DNA of 63,775 bases, the filler included, from Octopus bimaculoides (taxonomy: Eukaryota), in assembly GCF_001194135.2 (NCBI RefSeq). It is 5 parts of 4 records of this genome, joined end to end, with 100 filler letters (N's around TTAATTAATTAA, not from the genome) between each part and the next. Parts side by side here need not be neighbours in the genome. Positions count along the whole stretch, not along the records: positions 42,806 to 57,426 come from NC_068981.1; positions 57,527 to 62,615 come from NC_069007.1; positions 62,716 to 63,775 come from NC_068985.1; 2 more parts are not named here. One strand, written 5' to 3'. Position numbers and translations under genes: made by a program. Shown one piece after another: positions 49,701 through 63,044 of this stretch. Positions within the stretch are counted from its first letter, which is position 1; each line of letters opens with the position of its first letter. The notes beneath the pieces are model-generated. The model was given only the letters and a program-made list of their open reading frames with translations. It searched no databases and was not told the origin of the DNA.

Positions 49701-49935
49701 AGGGCAGCAAGCTGGCAGAATCATTAGCACGCCAGGCGAAATGCTTAGCGGTATTTCGTCTGCTGTTATGTTCTGAGTTCAAATTCCGCCGAGGTTGTCT
49801 TTGCCTTTCATCCTCTCGGGGTCGATTAAATAAGTACTAGTTGCGCACTGGGGTCGATGTAATCGACTTAATACCTTTGTCTGTCCTTGTTTGTCCCCTC
49901 TGTGTTTAGGCTCCTTGTGGACAATAAAGAAATAA
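49701..49935 (+). mobile_element. SINE family B copy, CpG intact
   Basis: Full head-to-tail match to the family. Further copies at about 23009-23225 (+), 24370-24585 (-), 43920-44240 (-), 48290-48490 (-) and 48510-48750 (+). Confidence 0.85.
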
Positions 49936-49976
49936 ACTTTTATATGGATGTGTGAACGTATGTATGAAGAAGAGGG

Positions 49977-50015
<39 letters not shown>

Positions 50016-50746
50016 ATAGAGAAGTGGGTGTGTAAATGTATGTGAGTGCACGTTCATGCGTGTGTACTTCTGACAATCCATTAAAACAAATCTGATCGCA
50101 GACAAGATCAGTATATCATGTCTGCATAAGCTAACACGAGTAAGACCACGATGCGTAGAAAATGATTTCATGTAGCTTGTGCTAGGTACAGAACAGAAAT
50201 AGATGACTAAATACACGGTAATTCTATTGGAACGAACTCAAAAAGACGTTAAAGCATATTATCAAATTGCCATATCAAGATTCATAAGTCCTATTCTTAA
50301 CAGAAACGACCCAACTGGAAATGGAGACCCTATTATCTTAATCCGATACTACCCAGTAAATAATATAGGGTGTATATATNNNNNNNNNNNNNNNNNNNNN
50401 NNNNNNNNNNNNNNNNNNNNNNNNNNNNNNNNNNNNNNNNNNNNNNNNNNNNNNNNNNNNNNNNNNNNNNNNNNNNNNNTGCAGTTACTGTTAATACTTC
50501 ATTTAGAGAATTAACATTGCTTATATATGAAATATTATTAAGCAAGAAAATGGAGAGATTTAATGGATAAAATCAATTCATTAATTAGTCCACATTGCCG
50601 ACAATTGTTTCAATTCACACTCAATGCAAATTATAAAACATATATAATAAAATATGTTTGATTTTGAAGGTTTTGAATGGAATATCATCAGGGCGAAAGT
50701 ACATTAAGGAAGTTACATGCTGACCGGTTGAGACACTCTAACATTC

Positions 50747-50788
<42 letters not shown>

Positions 50789-50839
50789 AGCAAAAATAAA
50801 TACAAAAAAAGGGGTTTTGTATGATCGTGTATAGAGGAA

Positions 50840-52995
50840 TATATTATTTTATTTTAAAGAATTCCAACTCTGTCTGTTTTTTATGTTTTATTTATATTCT
50901 TGTAAAATTAATGTGGGATATAGAATATGGAATATATAATATATAATACAAAAATGGATGGTACAATGAAATGAAGTATTGAATGTCTTATTGAATATAT
51001 GGAATATGTCTTATTGAATATATTTATACGTATAATATTTATACGTATAATATTTATATACATATATATATATACAAGCGTGTGTGTGTGTGTGTGTTTG
51101 TGTCATCGTGTCTGTGCTTGTCTCCCACCACCACTTGACAACTGGTGCTGGTGTGTTTACGTCCCCGTAATTTAGTGGTTCGGCAAAAGAGCCCGATAGA
51201 ATGAGTACCAGGCTTAAGAATACATTCTGTGGTATCTTAAAACGAAAAGAGACCATGTCTGAATTACGATGTCACGATTATTATTGAACCATGTTCCTAA
51301 TATAAAAATTTGAAAATATACAAAATATGATCTTTATCTTCGAATAAGTAAATTCGTTATAATACTTCACGCTGCATGCAAATTACCGTGACCCCCCCCC
51401 CCCCAAAAAAAAACTGGATTTATGATGAAGTCGAATCTATATAACAGCGAAAGTACAAAACCGAAATAATTATAATCAAAGTTAATTCGCATTATGATAC
51501 ACATATTAATGAAATAATTATGCGAATTAAACAAATTATTACTAAATTATTTTTTATTTGATTACTTGTAAGTTTATAAAAATTATCATCCATAGATTGA
51601 ATTATTGCGTGATAACTTAACTTAATTAATCTTTAATATAACTTCATTTCGATGAATTTAAATTTCTTGTGATAAAAAGGATGCTACAGAATGTGCAACA
51701 TATAATGATTCCAATATTTTTGAGCACCAATGCTAGTACCATACTTTTTAAAGTTTATTATGATATACTATAACCCTTTTGAGCGTGCACATTTTTCAAT
51801 TCTAGTTACGTACTTTTTAAGGCATCGCTTGTAATATTTTATATATGTACCATGTTTCTCCTAATGGTGTGGCAACGTCTAATAAACTGACACCTAAACT
51901 CTGACCAATTGAAATAGTATGACTGTCACAATATTAAAAAATGTACGATAAAATTGATAATAATTGTCGCATTTCTTTATTATTATACAGAGAGATACTG
52001 AACAGCAGCTAGTATATTATAAGCTGTACTATAAAGAAATGTATTTTAAAATATATTAATAATATTAATTTTTAGAAAATCATTAGCAAGATCTAAAATG
52101 ACATACCATGCAACGAAGAGAAGGCGAACATGAATAACACAAAATTCTCGAAGACAGCTGCATGCCAAACTATCGCTTATCGGTTGATGATGATTGAAAA
52201 ATTAACCAATAAAACGCGATCACCACGCAAACGGCCACGGCCCCCTTACACTTTCATTCGCAAACTAGGTATATATTGTCAGACACAGTAGCCTCGACTA
52301 AAACATTCTGTTGTCGGTCAGTGCGTGCCTGACAGATGTGTGTGTGTGTCTAGGTGGGTTGGTTGTGCATGTGTATGTTGTATGTATCTGTGTGTATATC
52401 GTACACGTCCAGGAAAATTCCCCAGAGAATGAATAAACTCCACCCATACAAAAGCTAATTAATTAAAAATTCGCATCCGTTTTATTGCCAATTGTGCCAT
52501 AGAAACGAATTTTTTCATAGATTTTTTGAAAGGTCATTAAACTATAGAATTTTCTCTCAGAAAGAGGAAAAGAAGGATAATAATATATAATCTAAGAAAC
52601 AGATTAATTATCTATGAAGTTTAAACTGTAATTTACAGCATTGTTCCGAGATCAAGACATTGCTATTTATCACTATTGTACATCGACAAAATTTCAGACA
52701 ATTTTATTTTTTATACATGAAGACATTTACAGCAGATGAATTTCAACTCTTTTCTTCAACGTTTTAAAGACTGTAAAATATATAAACATTTAGAAGTGAA
52801 AATTACAAATATTTCTTGGAAAAGATAATACAATACGTCAAAATTATTGACAGGGTTAAATATTGTATATTATTTTATTTTAAAGAATTCCAACTCTGTC
52901 TGTTTTTTATGTTTTATTTATATTCTTGTAAAATTAATGTGGGATATAGAATATGGAATATATAATATATAATACAAAAATGGATGGTACAATGA
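50840..52995 (+). repeat. Perfect 130-bp direct repeat pair (50840-50969 and 52866-52995)
   Basis: By eye, identical from TATATTATTTTATTTTAAAGAATTCC to GGATGGTACAATGA. Confidence 0.85.
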
Positions 52996-53087
52996 GATAT
53001 TTCGTTTTCCATAAGTTCAAAAACGTGTTTCTTGTCGAATACGCGTACATGATATTCTACTAGAAAACTCAAATCTAATCAAATATT

Positions 53088-53710
53088 CAGTAATCCCTCG
53101 CCGTATTGAGGTTCACCTATCACGGTTTATTATGTAAACCTACGTCGTTGCCTCTGTGGTGTTGTTTTGCATTTATAATAAAATAGATATACACAAATTA
53201 CAAAAGTAATAAAAAAATAAATATATAGGCGCGGGAGTGGCTGTGTGGTAAGTAGCTTGCCTACCAACCACATGGTTCCGGGTTCATTCCCACTGCGTGG
53301 CACCTTGGGCAAGTGTCTTCTACTATAGCCTCGGGCCGACCAAAGCCTTGTGAGTGGATTTGGTAGACGGAAACTGAAAGAAGCCCGTCGTATATATGTA
53401 TATGTATGTGTGTCTGTGTTTGTCCACCCAACATCGCTTGACAACCGATGCTGGTGTGTTTATGTCCCCGTAACTTAGCGGTTCGGCAAAAGAGACCGAT
53501 AGAATAAGTACTAGGCATCCAAAGAATAAGTCCTGGGGTCGATTTGCTCGACTAAAGGCGGTGCTCCAGCATGGCCACAGTCAAATGACTGAAACAAGTA
53601 AAAGAGTAAAAGAGTAAAAGAGTATATACAGTACTATTACTATTTCGCGAATTTTCACTTATTGCGCGGGGTTTTGGAACGTAAAACCCGCGATAGTCGA
53701 GGGATTACTG
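53088..53710. mobile_element. Tigger/pogo-type MITE interrupted by a SINE
   Basis: TIRs CAGTAATCCCTCG / CGAGGGATTACTG|TA; the body matches 36867-37068. Confidence 0.85.
53228..53622 (+). mobile_element. Full, young-looking SINE family A copy nested in the MITE
   Basis: Complete head, middle and 3' module with CpGs intact; tail (AAAAGAGT)x3; TATATA on both flanks. Confidence 0.9.
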
Positions 53711-54441
53711 TATATTATGCATATGTCTAGTTGCTCGTTGATCTATAAGTCCATTTCCATCTTTATGTAACTTTTGTTGATTTTGATAGATGTTCAGTTT
53801 ATACAGAAACAGAACAGTAATATAGAAGCTTGTGTTTTATTTACATTAGATATATATATGATAATGATCCTTATCGGAAATGATGCCTAACAATCCTCTG
53901 TCATACATATTGGTTTCAATACTGCAGGTACCTGAAACACATAACGTTCTGTCTCCGACCAAGGGACGACGAGCTAAAGCTTTAGTGTATTTGAACTAAA
54001 ATCTCGGGATCTATTTATCCAATACTTTAATTACTTTAACATTTGACTTCAAGCAGGATTTTGGAATTTAGAAGCGTCGTTGTTATATGTTTTGGATTTT
54101 ATTTGTCCATTCAGATGTCTAAAGTACGTTATAATGAGTATAATTATAAGTCGCCATCATTGTACACCAATGTTTCGTCCGTTGCGCTTAAATACGAGAC
54201 ATCGAGTGAGATTTTACGCGGTCGCTCGACTAGCAGCCAAATCTTTTTCATATTACAAACTACCGCCTTAAACAAAACGGAAGGACCACATTAGATAGTG
54301 AAACCATAGATATATTTGAAAACAGACGCGATGGTAACGACAAAAGCGTCTTTACAACAGGTCTCCTCCATCAAGAATGACCCGAGGTTAAACAACAACA
54401 ATAAAATCAACACAATCTATGTATAACAAGAGCATTTATAA

Positions 54442-54481
<40 letters not shown>

Positions 54482-55850
54482 GAATTACATTTAAAGTCTA
54501 TTTCAAGTTCTACATACAGACACAACTGTTTATAANNNNNNNNNNNNNNNNNNNNNNNNNNNNNNNNNNNNNNNNNNNNNNNNNNNNNNNNNNNNNNNNN
54601 NNNNNNNNNNNNNNNNNNNNNNNNNNNNNNNNNNNNNNNNNNNNNNNNNNNNNNNNNNNNNNNNNNNNNNNNNNNNNNNNNNNNNNNNNNNNNNNNNNNN
54701 NNNNNNNNNNNNNNNNNNNNNNNNNNNNNNNNNNNNNNNNNNNNNNNNNNNNNNNNNNNNNNNNNNNNNNNNNNNNNNNNNNNNNNNNNNNNNNNNNNNN
54801 NNNNNNNNNNNNNNNNNNNNNNNNNNNNNNNNNNNNNNNNNNNNNNNNNNNNNNNNNNNNNNNNNNNNNNNNNNNNNNNNNNNNNNNNNNNNNNNNNNNN
54901 NNNNNNNNNNNNNNNNNNNNNNNNNNNNNNNNNNNNNNNNNNNNNNNNNNNNNNNNNNNNNNNNNNNNNNNNNNNNNNNNNNNNNNNNNNNNNNNNNNNN
55001 NNNNNNNNNNNNNNNNNNNNNNNNNNNNNNNNNNNNNNNNNNNNNNNNNNNNNNNNNNNNNNNNNNNNNNNNNNNNNNNNNNNNNNNNNNNNNNNNNNNN
55101 NNNNNNNNNNNNNNNNNNNNNNNNNNNNNNNNNNNNNNNNNNNNNNNNNNNNNNNNNNNNNNNNNNNNNNNNNNNNNNNNNNNNNNNNNNNNNNNNNNNN
55201 NNNNNNNNNNNNNNNNNNNNNNNNNNNNNNNNNNNNNNNNNNNNNNNNNNNNNNNNNNNNNNNNNNNNNNNNNNNNNNNNNNNNNNNNNNNNNNNNNNNN
55301 NNNNNNNNNNNNNNNNNNNNNNNNNNNNNNNNNNNNNNNNNNNNNNNNNNNNNNNNNNNNNNNNNNNNNNNNNNNNNNNNNNNNNNNNNNNNNNNNNNNN
55401 NNNNNNNNNNNNNNNNNNNNNNNNNNNNNNNNNNNNNNNNNNNNNNNNNNNNNNNNNNNNNNNNNNNNNNNNNNNNNNNNNNNNNNNNNNNNNNNNNNNN
55501 NNNNNNNNNNNNNATATATATATATATATATACACACATGTGTGTGTGTTTGTTTGTATGTATATATGTATGAATGTATGATCCACAACGGATCAACAGG
55601 GAACACTTTATTGTATTATGTTGCAGAGAACCGAGTTCATAAATTTTCAGTGACACTAGTTGTCTGTAGCATAATGCAATACAGTGTTGCCTGATGGCCG
55701 TTTGTGGTTATGCATCCAATTACATTTTGAACATCCATTACAAATTACGAAGCAACCATAATGATGAAACGTGCGTAGGAACAGATATTATAAATCAGTG
55801 TTTAACGTAATTTTTCAAGTGAGACAAGTCGACATATAAAAATGTACATA

Positions 55851-56503
55851 GGCGCCGGAGTGGCTACGTAGAGGCGCAGGAATGGCTGTGTGGTAAGTAG
55901 CTTGCTTACCAACCACATGGTTCCGGACTGCGTGGCATCTTGGACGTCTTCTACTATAGCCTCGATCGACTAAATCCTTATGAGTGGATTTGGTAGACGG
56001 AAACTGAGGGTGCTCCAGCATGACCACTATCAAATGACTGAAACAAATACAAAATGTACATAGGCGCAGGAGTGGCTGTGTGGTAAGTAGCATAGGCGCA
56101 GGAGTGGCTGTGTGGTAAGTAGCTTGCTTACCAGCCACACGGTTCCGGGTTCAGTTCCACTGCGTGTCACTTTGGGCAAGTGTCTTCTACTATAGCCTCG
56201 GGCCGACCAAAGCCTTGTGAGTGAATTTGGTAGTCGGAAACTGAAAGAAGCCCGCCGTATATATGTATATGTATGTATATATGTGTGCGTGTTTGTGTGT
56301 CTGTGTTTGTCCCCCCAACATCGCTTGACAACCGATGGCGATGTGTTTACATCCCCGTAACTTAGCGGTTCGGCAAAAGAGACCGATAGAATAAGTATTA
56401 GTCTTACAAAGAATAAGTCCTGGGGTCAATTTGCTCGACTAAAGGAGGTGCTCCAGTTTGGCTGCAGTCAAATGACTGAAACAAGAAAAAGAGTAAAAGA
56501 GTA
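55851..56503 (+). mobile_element. Compound SINE family A locus (internally deleted copy, duplicated head, full copy)
   Basis: GGCGCAGGAGTGGCTGTGTGGTAAGTAGC occurs repeatedly (about 55873, 56064 and 56095); full 3' module at 56300-56503. Confidence 0.85.
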
Positions 56504-57102
56504 TATGTACAGATATAAAAAAAGTCTGACTTACATAGAATGGAAATGATATCAGGAATTAAGGGGGTTGAGTAGGAGTCCAACAGCCGTTTCTGGGTGC
56601 TCGGTGCTCCAAAATAATGCTTGTAACATGATTCCATCATAGGGTACTACCAGCCTCCGTCTTCGGGGAAGAATTTTACGTTTGAGGTGTTGACAGATGG
56701 AGATTAAAGATTCCATCAACTGAGTCTTAATTGTATTGCATATATATGTATGTATGTATATTTACACACATATATACATATACATATATATGCATACATG
56801 GGAAGAGAGAAAGAGGGAGAGAGAGATAGCAGAAGCGTAGGTATGATTTTGTAATTTTATAGTGTACTTAAATTACACAACGCATACACGAATGTGTTTA
56901 TCTATGTAGCAAAATATTTTGTCGATGGTTAGCAATTATATATAACATTAGAACTAATTATATGAGAGAAAGCCGTACTATTACAAGTTCTAAAAGACAT
57001 CATATAAACACAGTTAAAATATGGATTAAATTTTAACAGGAATTAAAATATTTTTCCGAATGAAACTCTCATAATGACAATATTCATAACATTTTATATT
57101 GG

Positions 57103-57158
<56 letters not shown>

Positions 57159-57385
57159 TTACATACATATAAGTATATATGTACATGCGTGTGTATATGT
57201 CTGTATATATTTCTGCATATATGTAAATAAATATATGCGTGTATGTATGTATATATGCATACATATACGTATACGTATACATATATATGTATATGTATAT
57301 AAATATATATTTATGTGTGTGTATATATATATGTGTATATGTATATAAATATATATTTATGTGTGTGTATATATATATGCGTATA

Positions 57386-57426
<41 letters not shown>

Positions 57427-57787
57427 NNNNNNNNNNNNNNNNNNNNNNNNNNNNNNNNNNNNNNNNNNNNTTAATTAATTAANNNNNNNNNNNNNNNNNN
57501 NNNNNNNNNNNNNNNNNNNNNNNNNNTATATATGTATATGTATATATGCATACATATATAGACATGCATATACATGTATATATATATATATATGTATATA
57601 TCTACATGCAGAAAAGTCCACAGAGAAAATATACTACTGATAATAGTTGTAGTAACAGGAAAGAGGAACAGTAATACAGTAATAACAAAAACAACAGTAA
57701 AAATAATAATAATAATAGTTATAGTAATGATAATAGTAGTAATAGTAAATAGTAGTGATAATAATAATAATAATAATAGTAATAATA

Positions 57788-57827
<40 letters not shown>

Positions 57828-57835
57828 TAATAATG

Positions 57836-57898
<63 letters not shown>

Positions 57899-60769
57899 TG
57901 TAATGAAAGGCAATATTATTTCCGTGTCGATCTCTGCTACAATNNNNNNNNNNNNNNNNNNNNNNNNNNNNNNNNNNNNNNNNNNNNNNNNNNNNNNNNN
58001 NNNNNNNNNNNNNNNNNNNNNNNNNNNNNNNNNNNNNNNNNNNNNNNNNNNNNNNNNNNNNNNNNNNNNNNNNNNNNNNNNNNNNNNNNNNNNNNNNNNN
58101 NNNNNNNNNNNNNNNNNNNNNNNNNNNNNNNNNNNNNNNNNNNNNNNNNNNNNNNNNNNNNNNNNNNNNNNNNNNNNNNNNNNNNNNNNNNNNNNNNNNN
58201 NNNNNNNNNNNNNNNNNNNNNNNNNNNNNNNNNNNNNNNNNNNNNNNNNNNNNNNNNNNNNNNNNNNNNNNNNNNNNNNNNNNNNNNNNNNNNNNNNNNN
58301 NNNNNNNNNNNNNNNNNNNNNNNNNNNNNNNNNNNNNNNNNNNNNNNNNNNNNNNNNNNNNNNNNNNNNNNNNNNNNNNNNNNNNNNNNNNNNNNNNNNN
58401 NNNNNNNNNNNNNNNNNNNNNNNNNNNNNNNNNNNNNNNNNNNNNNNNNNNNNNNNNNTTAACATTCATTATAATTTCAATGAAAGTCCTGTATTTATTA
58501 CATTTTTCTTCCGTCGTAGTGGTATCTTTATCGTTATCTTTTTTTAAAAATTTCTTCATCATCGCTGTGTTTTCCATTTCAACATTATAGATTTTTCATA
58601 ATTTTTCTTTTGGAGTTGTTATAGTAACATATTGTCTTTCTTGAAATCTTCTTTGTTGTCTTTTTGTTCTTTTCTGTATTTATTATTATTATTTTTGGAG
58701 TTTTCTTTTCATGATTCCTTCTTTGTCGTTTTCACTTCTTCCATTTTTATCACTTTTTTAAAAAAAAGGAGGGGTGGGTGGTGTGTGGTATGTTTTTAAA
58801 GTTGATCAATCGAAATACTGGAATATGAATGTTGTTGAATATGAATGACGGAGATGAGGATGAAGATGCTGGTGCAGATGATGATAAAAATGGTAGCAAT
58901 ACGGAAGAAGGAAACATTACAAGGACAAATCCTTCATGCGTTGTAGGGGCTTGTCCTCCTGAAGGACCATAAGAACTATACCAGCGAGGTGTAAGCTTCT
59001 GATAAGGCCTTCTATGCTGAACAGGTCAAAGGATAGAGTCCATGCTAATATGGAACACCTCTTTATAGGGGTAAAAATGGATTTGTGTAAGGCCAACGTC
59101 TGGAAAAAGTAAAAACTTGGAAGAAGAAAACAGCCCAGAGTCAAGAACACTGAATGATCGTCGATGAACTCTGCTCCATAAAGAGCAAAAGGCTTAAGAA
59201 ATAAGACTACCGGTGTATGCATCAGTGGTGGAGCTTGTACGAGGTAGGTAGAAAGAGTAAGCAAATTTTCAAATCATGTTCTGTCGTCTTAAAAAGGACA
59301 CATTAAATAGATTTGGGGTTCAATGCTTTGTTTAGAGAAGAGAGATTAGAGCTATGCTATAAAACCCCGGCCAAGTCGAAGAAGAGGTCAGACTAATATG
59401 GACCATCTCTCCCGGAGATAAAATGGGTTTGTATAGGGTTCAATACCCCTGCATAGAACAGGAACATCAATGATGATTAAAAACCAATGAAACCTGGGAG
59501 AAGGCGTTTCTTTAGAGAAACACAGCATGGTGCAGCAAAATCCAGGACATTCTGCATTACACGTCAAGCTCTGATCTGAAACCTATAAGGTAGGTAGAAG
59601 AGAGGACTCCCTAAAAATAGCTAAAGCAGGATGCTGAGACAGAGCCGGAAAGCTAAAAAAAAGGAAAGTAAGGATTCAACTGGAGAGACGGCAGGGAAGA
59701 CAGCCCAGAATCAAGAATAGTGGAGAAAAGTAGTTAATGGCTGAGGTCCCTTGGGGGTTAGGAGTGTTCATTTCATGGTCATAATATCATAGGTTCAATT
59801 CCTTGACCAAGAAAGAAGTGGTCAGCGGCCTATGCTCCACAGGAAGCGAAGGGCTTATGTAAGAAATGGAAGAATGAAAGAGAGAGGGAGAAGTAATAAA
59901 GAAAATCCATCTTTATAGGTGCTTGATAATAAGGGTTTCAAATTTGGCTTAGTGCCAACAAAACTTGTTGATAATAATGGTAATGCCAATAAGGGGAAAT
60001 AATTAAGATGGTAATGAATTGGGATTTTGGTGTCGGCTTCCGAGACCTTTGCTCAGTAGATTTTCTTGTGTCCCAATCTCACTCTTGCAAGCGAATCCAT
60101 CGTAAGGTTACCTATTTACTGCTGAGCGGACTGAAATGTTTTGCTCAAGAACAAAAAATACACATCCGGTCTGGGAATCGAAACTATGATCTCGCGATCA
60201 TGAGTGAAACACATTAACTGCTAGGCATTAGGCCATACGTCTTCACAATGTATGTGATGTGGCTGGCAATAAAGATGTTAATAGTAATGGTGGTCATCTC
60301 ACCAGTCGTTTCTGTTGCTGGCATTATTATTTATTCCCAGCTTAACCTTGATCAAGTTGACCTATAATCAAAGGCTTTCCTGCCATAACAATCGCGTAGT
60401 TTATTATTCAATTTGTCCACTTCCTTTAAGACAGTAGGGCATGGCTCAAGCAAGTAAGCCAAACTCTCGAGCTACCAGCCCAAATGTCTTTACTGAGTAT
60501 GTAGGAACAAATCTGATATGTATCTCGTTGTCTTTAAGGTGTTGTCTATTTTGCTACCCCTAACCATCTTGCTGGATGGTTAGGGGTAGTGGTTGATGAT
60601 AAGTAGGGGGTTGTGAGGTTAGATGGTTGGGTAGTTGGTTGGTTGGGCGGTTAGATGAAAGGTGGTTAGTTCGTTGGGATAGTAGTGGTAATGACTGAGT
60701 AGTGGTGCTGGCAGCGGTAGATGTTGAATTGGCTGAAACAGCGCTTGTTGGAGCGGTGGTAAAGGTGCA

Positions 60770-61190
60770 TGTTGAGTGGTGGTAATGCTGCTTGTTTGAG
60801 TGAAAGCAATGGTGCTTGTTTTGAGTGATGATAATGGTACTTGTTTGAGTGATAGTAACGATGCTAGCTTGAATGATGGTAACGGTACTTGTTTGAGTGT
60901 TAGTAATGGTGCTTGATTGAGTGATGATTGAGTGCTTGCTGAGTGATGGTAATGGTGCTTGTTTGAGTGATAGTAACGGTGCTTATTTGAATGATGGTAA
61001 TGGTTGTTGCTTTGAGTGTTGGTAATGGTACATGCTTGAGTGATGATAATAATGCTTGTTTGAGTGATAATAATGGTTCTTGCCTGAGTGATGGTACTGG
61101 TACTTGTTTGAATGATGGTAATAATCTTGTCTGAGTGTTGGTAATGGCGCTTGTTTTGAGTGATGGTAATGGTGTTTGTTGAGTGGTAGT
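60770..61190. repeat. Degenerate 24-bp minisatellite within a GGT/AGT-rich low-complexity tract
   Basis: Unit about TGCTTGTTTGAGTGATGGTAATGG, roughly 15 diverged copies. Confidence 0.8.
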
Positions 61191-61959
61191 TGTACGACGA
61201 TTGGTAATGGTAGCGTTTTGATAATGGTGTTCCTTGAGTGGCAGAAATGGTAGTTGTTGGAGTGTTGCACATGCTAGAGTGCTGGTAAAGGTGTTAAAAG
61301 GTGGTAACAATTACTATTGTTGTGGTGGTGGTGGTAGAGTGGTGATAACGTCTATTTTTAGAATGGTGGCGGCGTCGGAATAGTGATAATGGTAAGTTTG
61401 TGGTAATGGTAAAATGGCGGCATTGGTATAGTAGTGGTAATGGTGGTAGTTGGATTGGTGGTAAGGAGGATTGCTGGGGTGGTGGTGGTGATGATAGTGG
61501 AGTGGAGTGTGGGTAATTTCATGGTTTTGAGGGATGATAATGATAGCTGTTGGACTGATGGTAATGTTGAAGTAAGCTAAAAGAGGAGCAGTGTGAGAGG
61601 TGGGTAACAATAATTGCGATAACCTCAGAGGAAATGAATGGAAGTAAAATAGAAGTAATGGTGATTAAAAATTCTGGCAGACGACCAGTATCTTAAGAGA
61701 AGTTCAACATTTTATATTTTGAGGGGCAAAATCCTGGAAAATTAACACAAGGTTTGTGATTGAGTCCTCGATAGAATAATGACTGGAAAGTGTTTTAATA
61801 TTTTTTGTGAAATTAAATTCCTAGTAAAACAGTAAAATGTAATTTTTTTTAAAAAAGCTCAATATAAAATATATTAGAATATTTGGAACTTTCTCAAGGC
61901 AAAAAAAAAAAGAAACATAAAATAGATCATGGGGTAAACATCTGACTGGCTCCTGAGAC

Positions 61960-62385
61960 AAGAATCATTGAACAGCTGCTCCAAGGCACTAGGTGAAGGA
62001 TGCTATCGCTGGAGATACAACCAGGTCCTGAATACCTTGGTTGAGGTAGGCAGCAAGGAAGAGAGTGGCAATAGAAGCGCCCGCACGACAGCCAGGAGAG
62101 ATTGTCTTTGTTAAGGAAAGGTAACTGCTGAAGAAAGCACTCTAGAACAATTCCGATGGAATGTCAAGAAGAGTAACAAGAACAGCATTGAGGCGCAGAA
62201 GAAAAATCTGTAAGGTTCTGGCTAAAATGTTATCGGTGGGGGTCAGTAACATGCCACTTGGATACAGGCTCATTATAAACCCTGCTCACGCAGCTTGGAC
62301 GAGGGCGTATGTTGTTAGATCCAAAACGTCCAGAGGCTTTAGGATACAAACGCTCATGATGTATCCAGATATTGCATCTCTAGAT
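61960..62385 (+). mobile_element. Remnant of a HERO/NeSL-like RLE non-LTR retrotransposon
   Basis: LNSCSKALGEGCYRWRYNQVLNTL (compare HILxxCxKALGEGRYxWRHxQVL after the CCHC finger), EIVFVKE, and a decayed xxPDI motif. Confidence 0.55.
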
Positions 62386-62394
62386 GCGTTCTCT

Positions 62395-62615
62395 TTTACA
62401 CTTTTATTCTTTTACTTGTTTCAGTCATCTGACTGCGGCCATGCTGGAGCACCACCTCAAAGGTTTTATTTTTAATCGAAGAAATGGACCCCGGAACTTA
62501 TACTTTGTAAGCCTAGTGCTTATTCTAACCGCTAAGTTACGGGGACGTAAGCACACCAGCATCAGTTGTCAAGCGATGGTGAGGGGACAAACATAGACAC
62601 GCACACATAAATACA
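62395..62615 (-). mobile_element. SINE family A 3' module, truncated by a gap
   Basis: TTTCAGTCAT.TGACTGCGGCCATGCTGGAGCACC...ACCGCTAAGTTACGGGGACGTAA. Confidence 0.8.
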
Positions 62616-63044
62616 NNNNNNNNNNNNNNNNNNNNNNNNNNNNNNNNNNNNNNNNNNNNTTAATTAATTAANNNNNNNNNNNNNNNNNNNNNNNNNNNNN
62701 NNNNNNNNNNNNNNNATATAAGTCACTGACTTTTTCTTTTCATTCAATTCACTCTTTTAGATTTCTCAGGTTTCAAATTTCTATGAATATTTTCTTTACT
62801 TTTTTATATTATTAATTTGCTAGCAACTTTCACCATGAGTAATGTGAGACAATAGTGATGTGCAAGCTATTAATGATCTAATGTTTTCCAATCTCTGCAA
62901 AATAGTTCTCATTACTAATAATGTAACTGTGACAATTAACTACTAGTATTCATCTGAAGCAAAGAATAAAGCATTTAAATAACATTCAATCTTTACGTGT
63001 ATATATATATATATATTTATTTATTTATTTACACATATATACAT

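Noticed and set aside
51730-52000. Possible non-autonomous Helitron (CTAG end; TCTCTGTATAATAATAAAG start on the minus strand)
   Set aside because: No convincing subterminal hairpin and no second copy in the window.
58460-59720. Minus-strand Lys/Glu-rich and other ORF-like pieces as LINE remnants
   Set aside because: Multiple stops and no diagnostic motif that I could identify with confidence.
60619-61310. Thr/His-rich mucin-like ORFs, or a CRISPR-like array
   Set aside because: A contiguous degenerate 24-bp minisatellite with no unique spacers, splice signals or recognisable domain; eukaryotic context.
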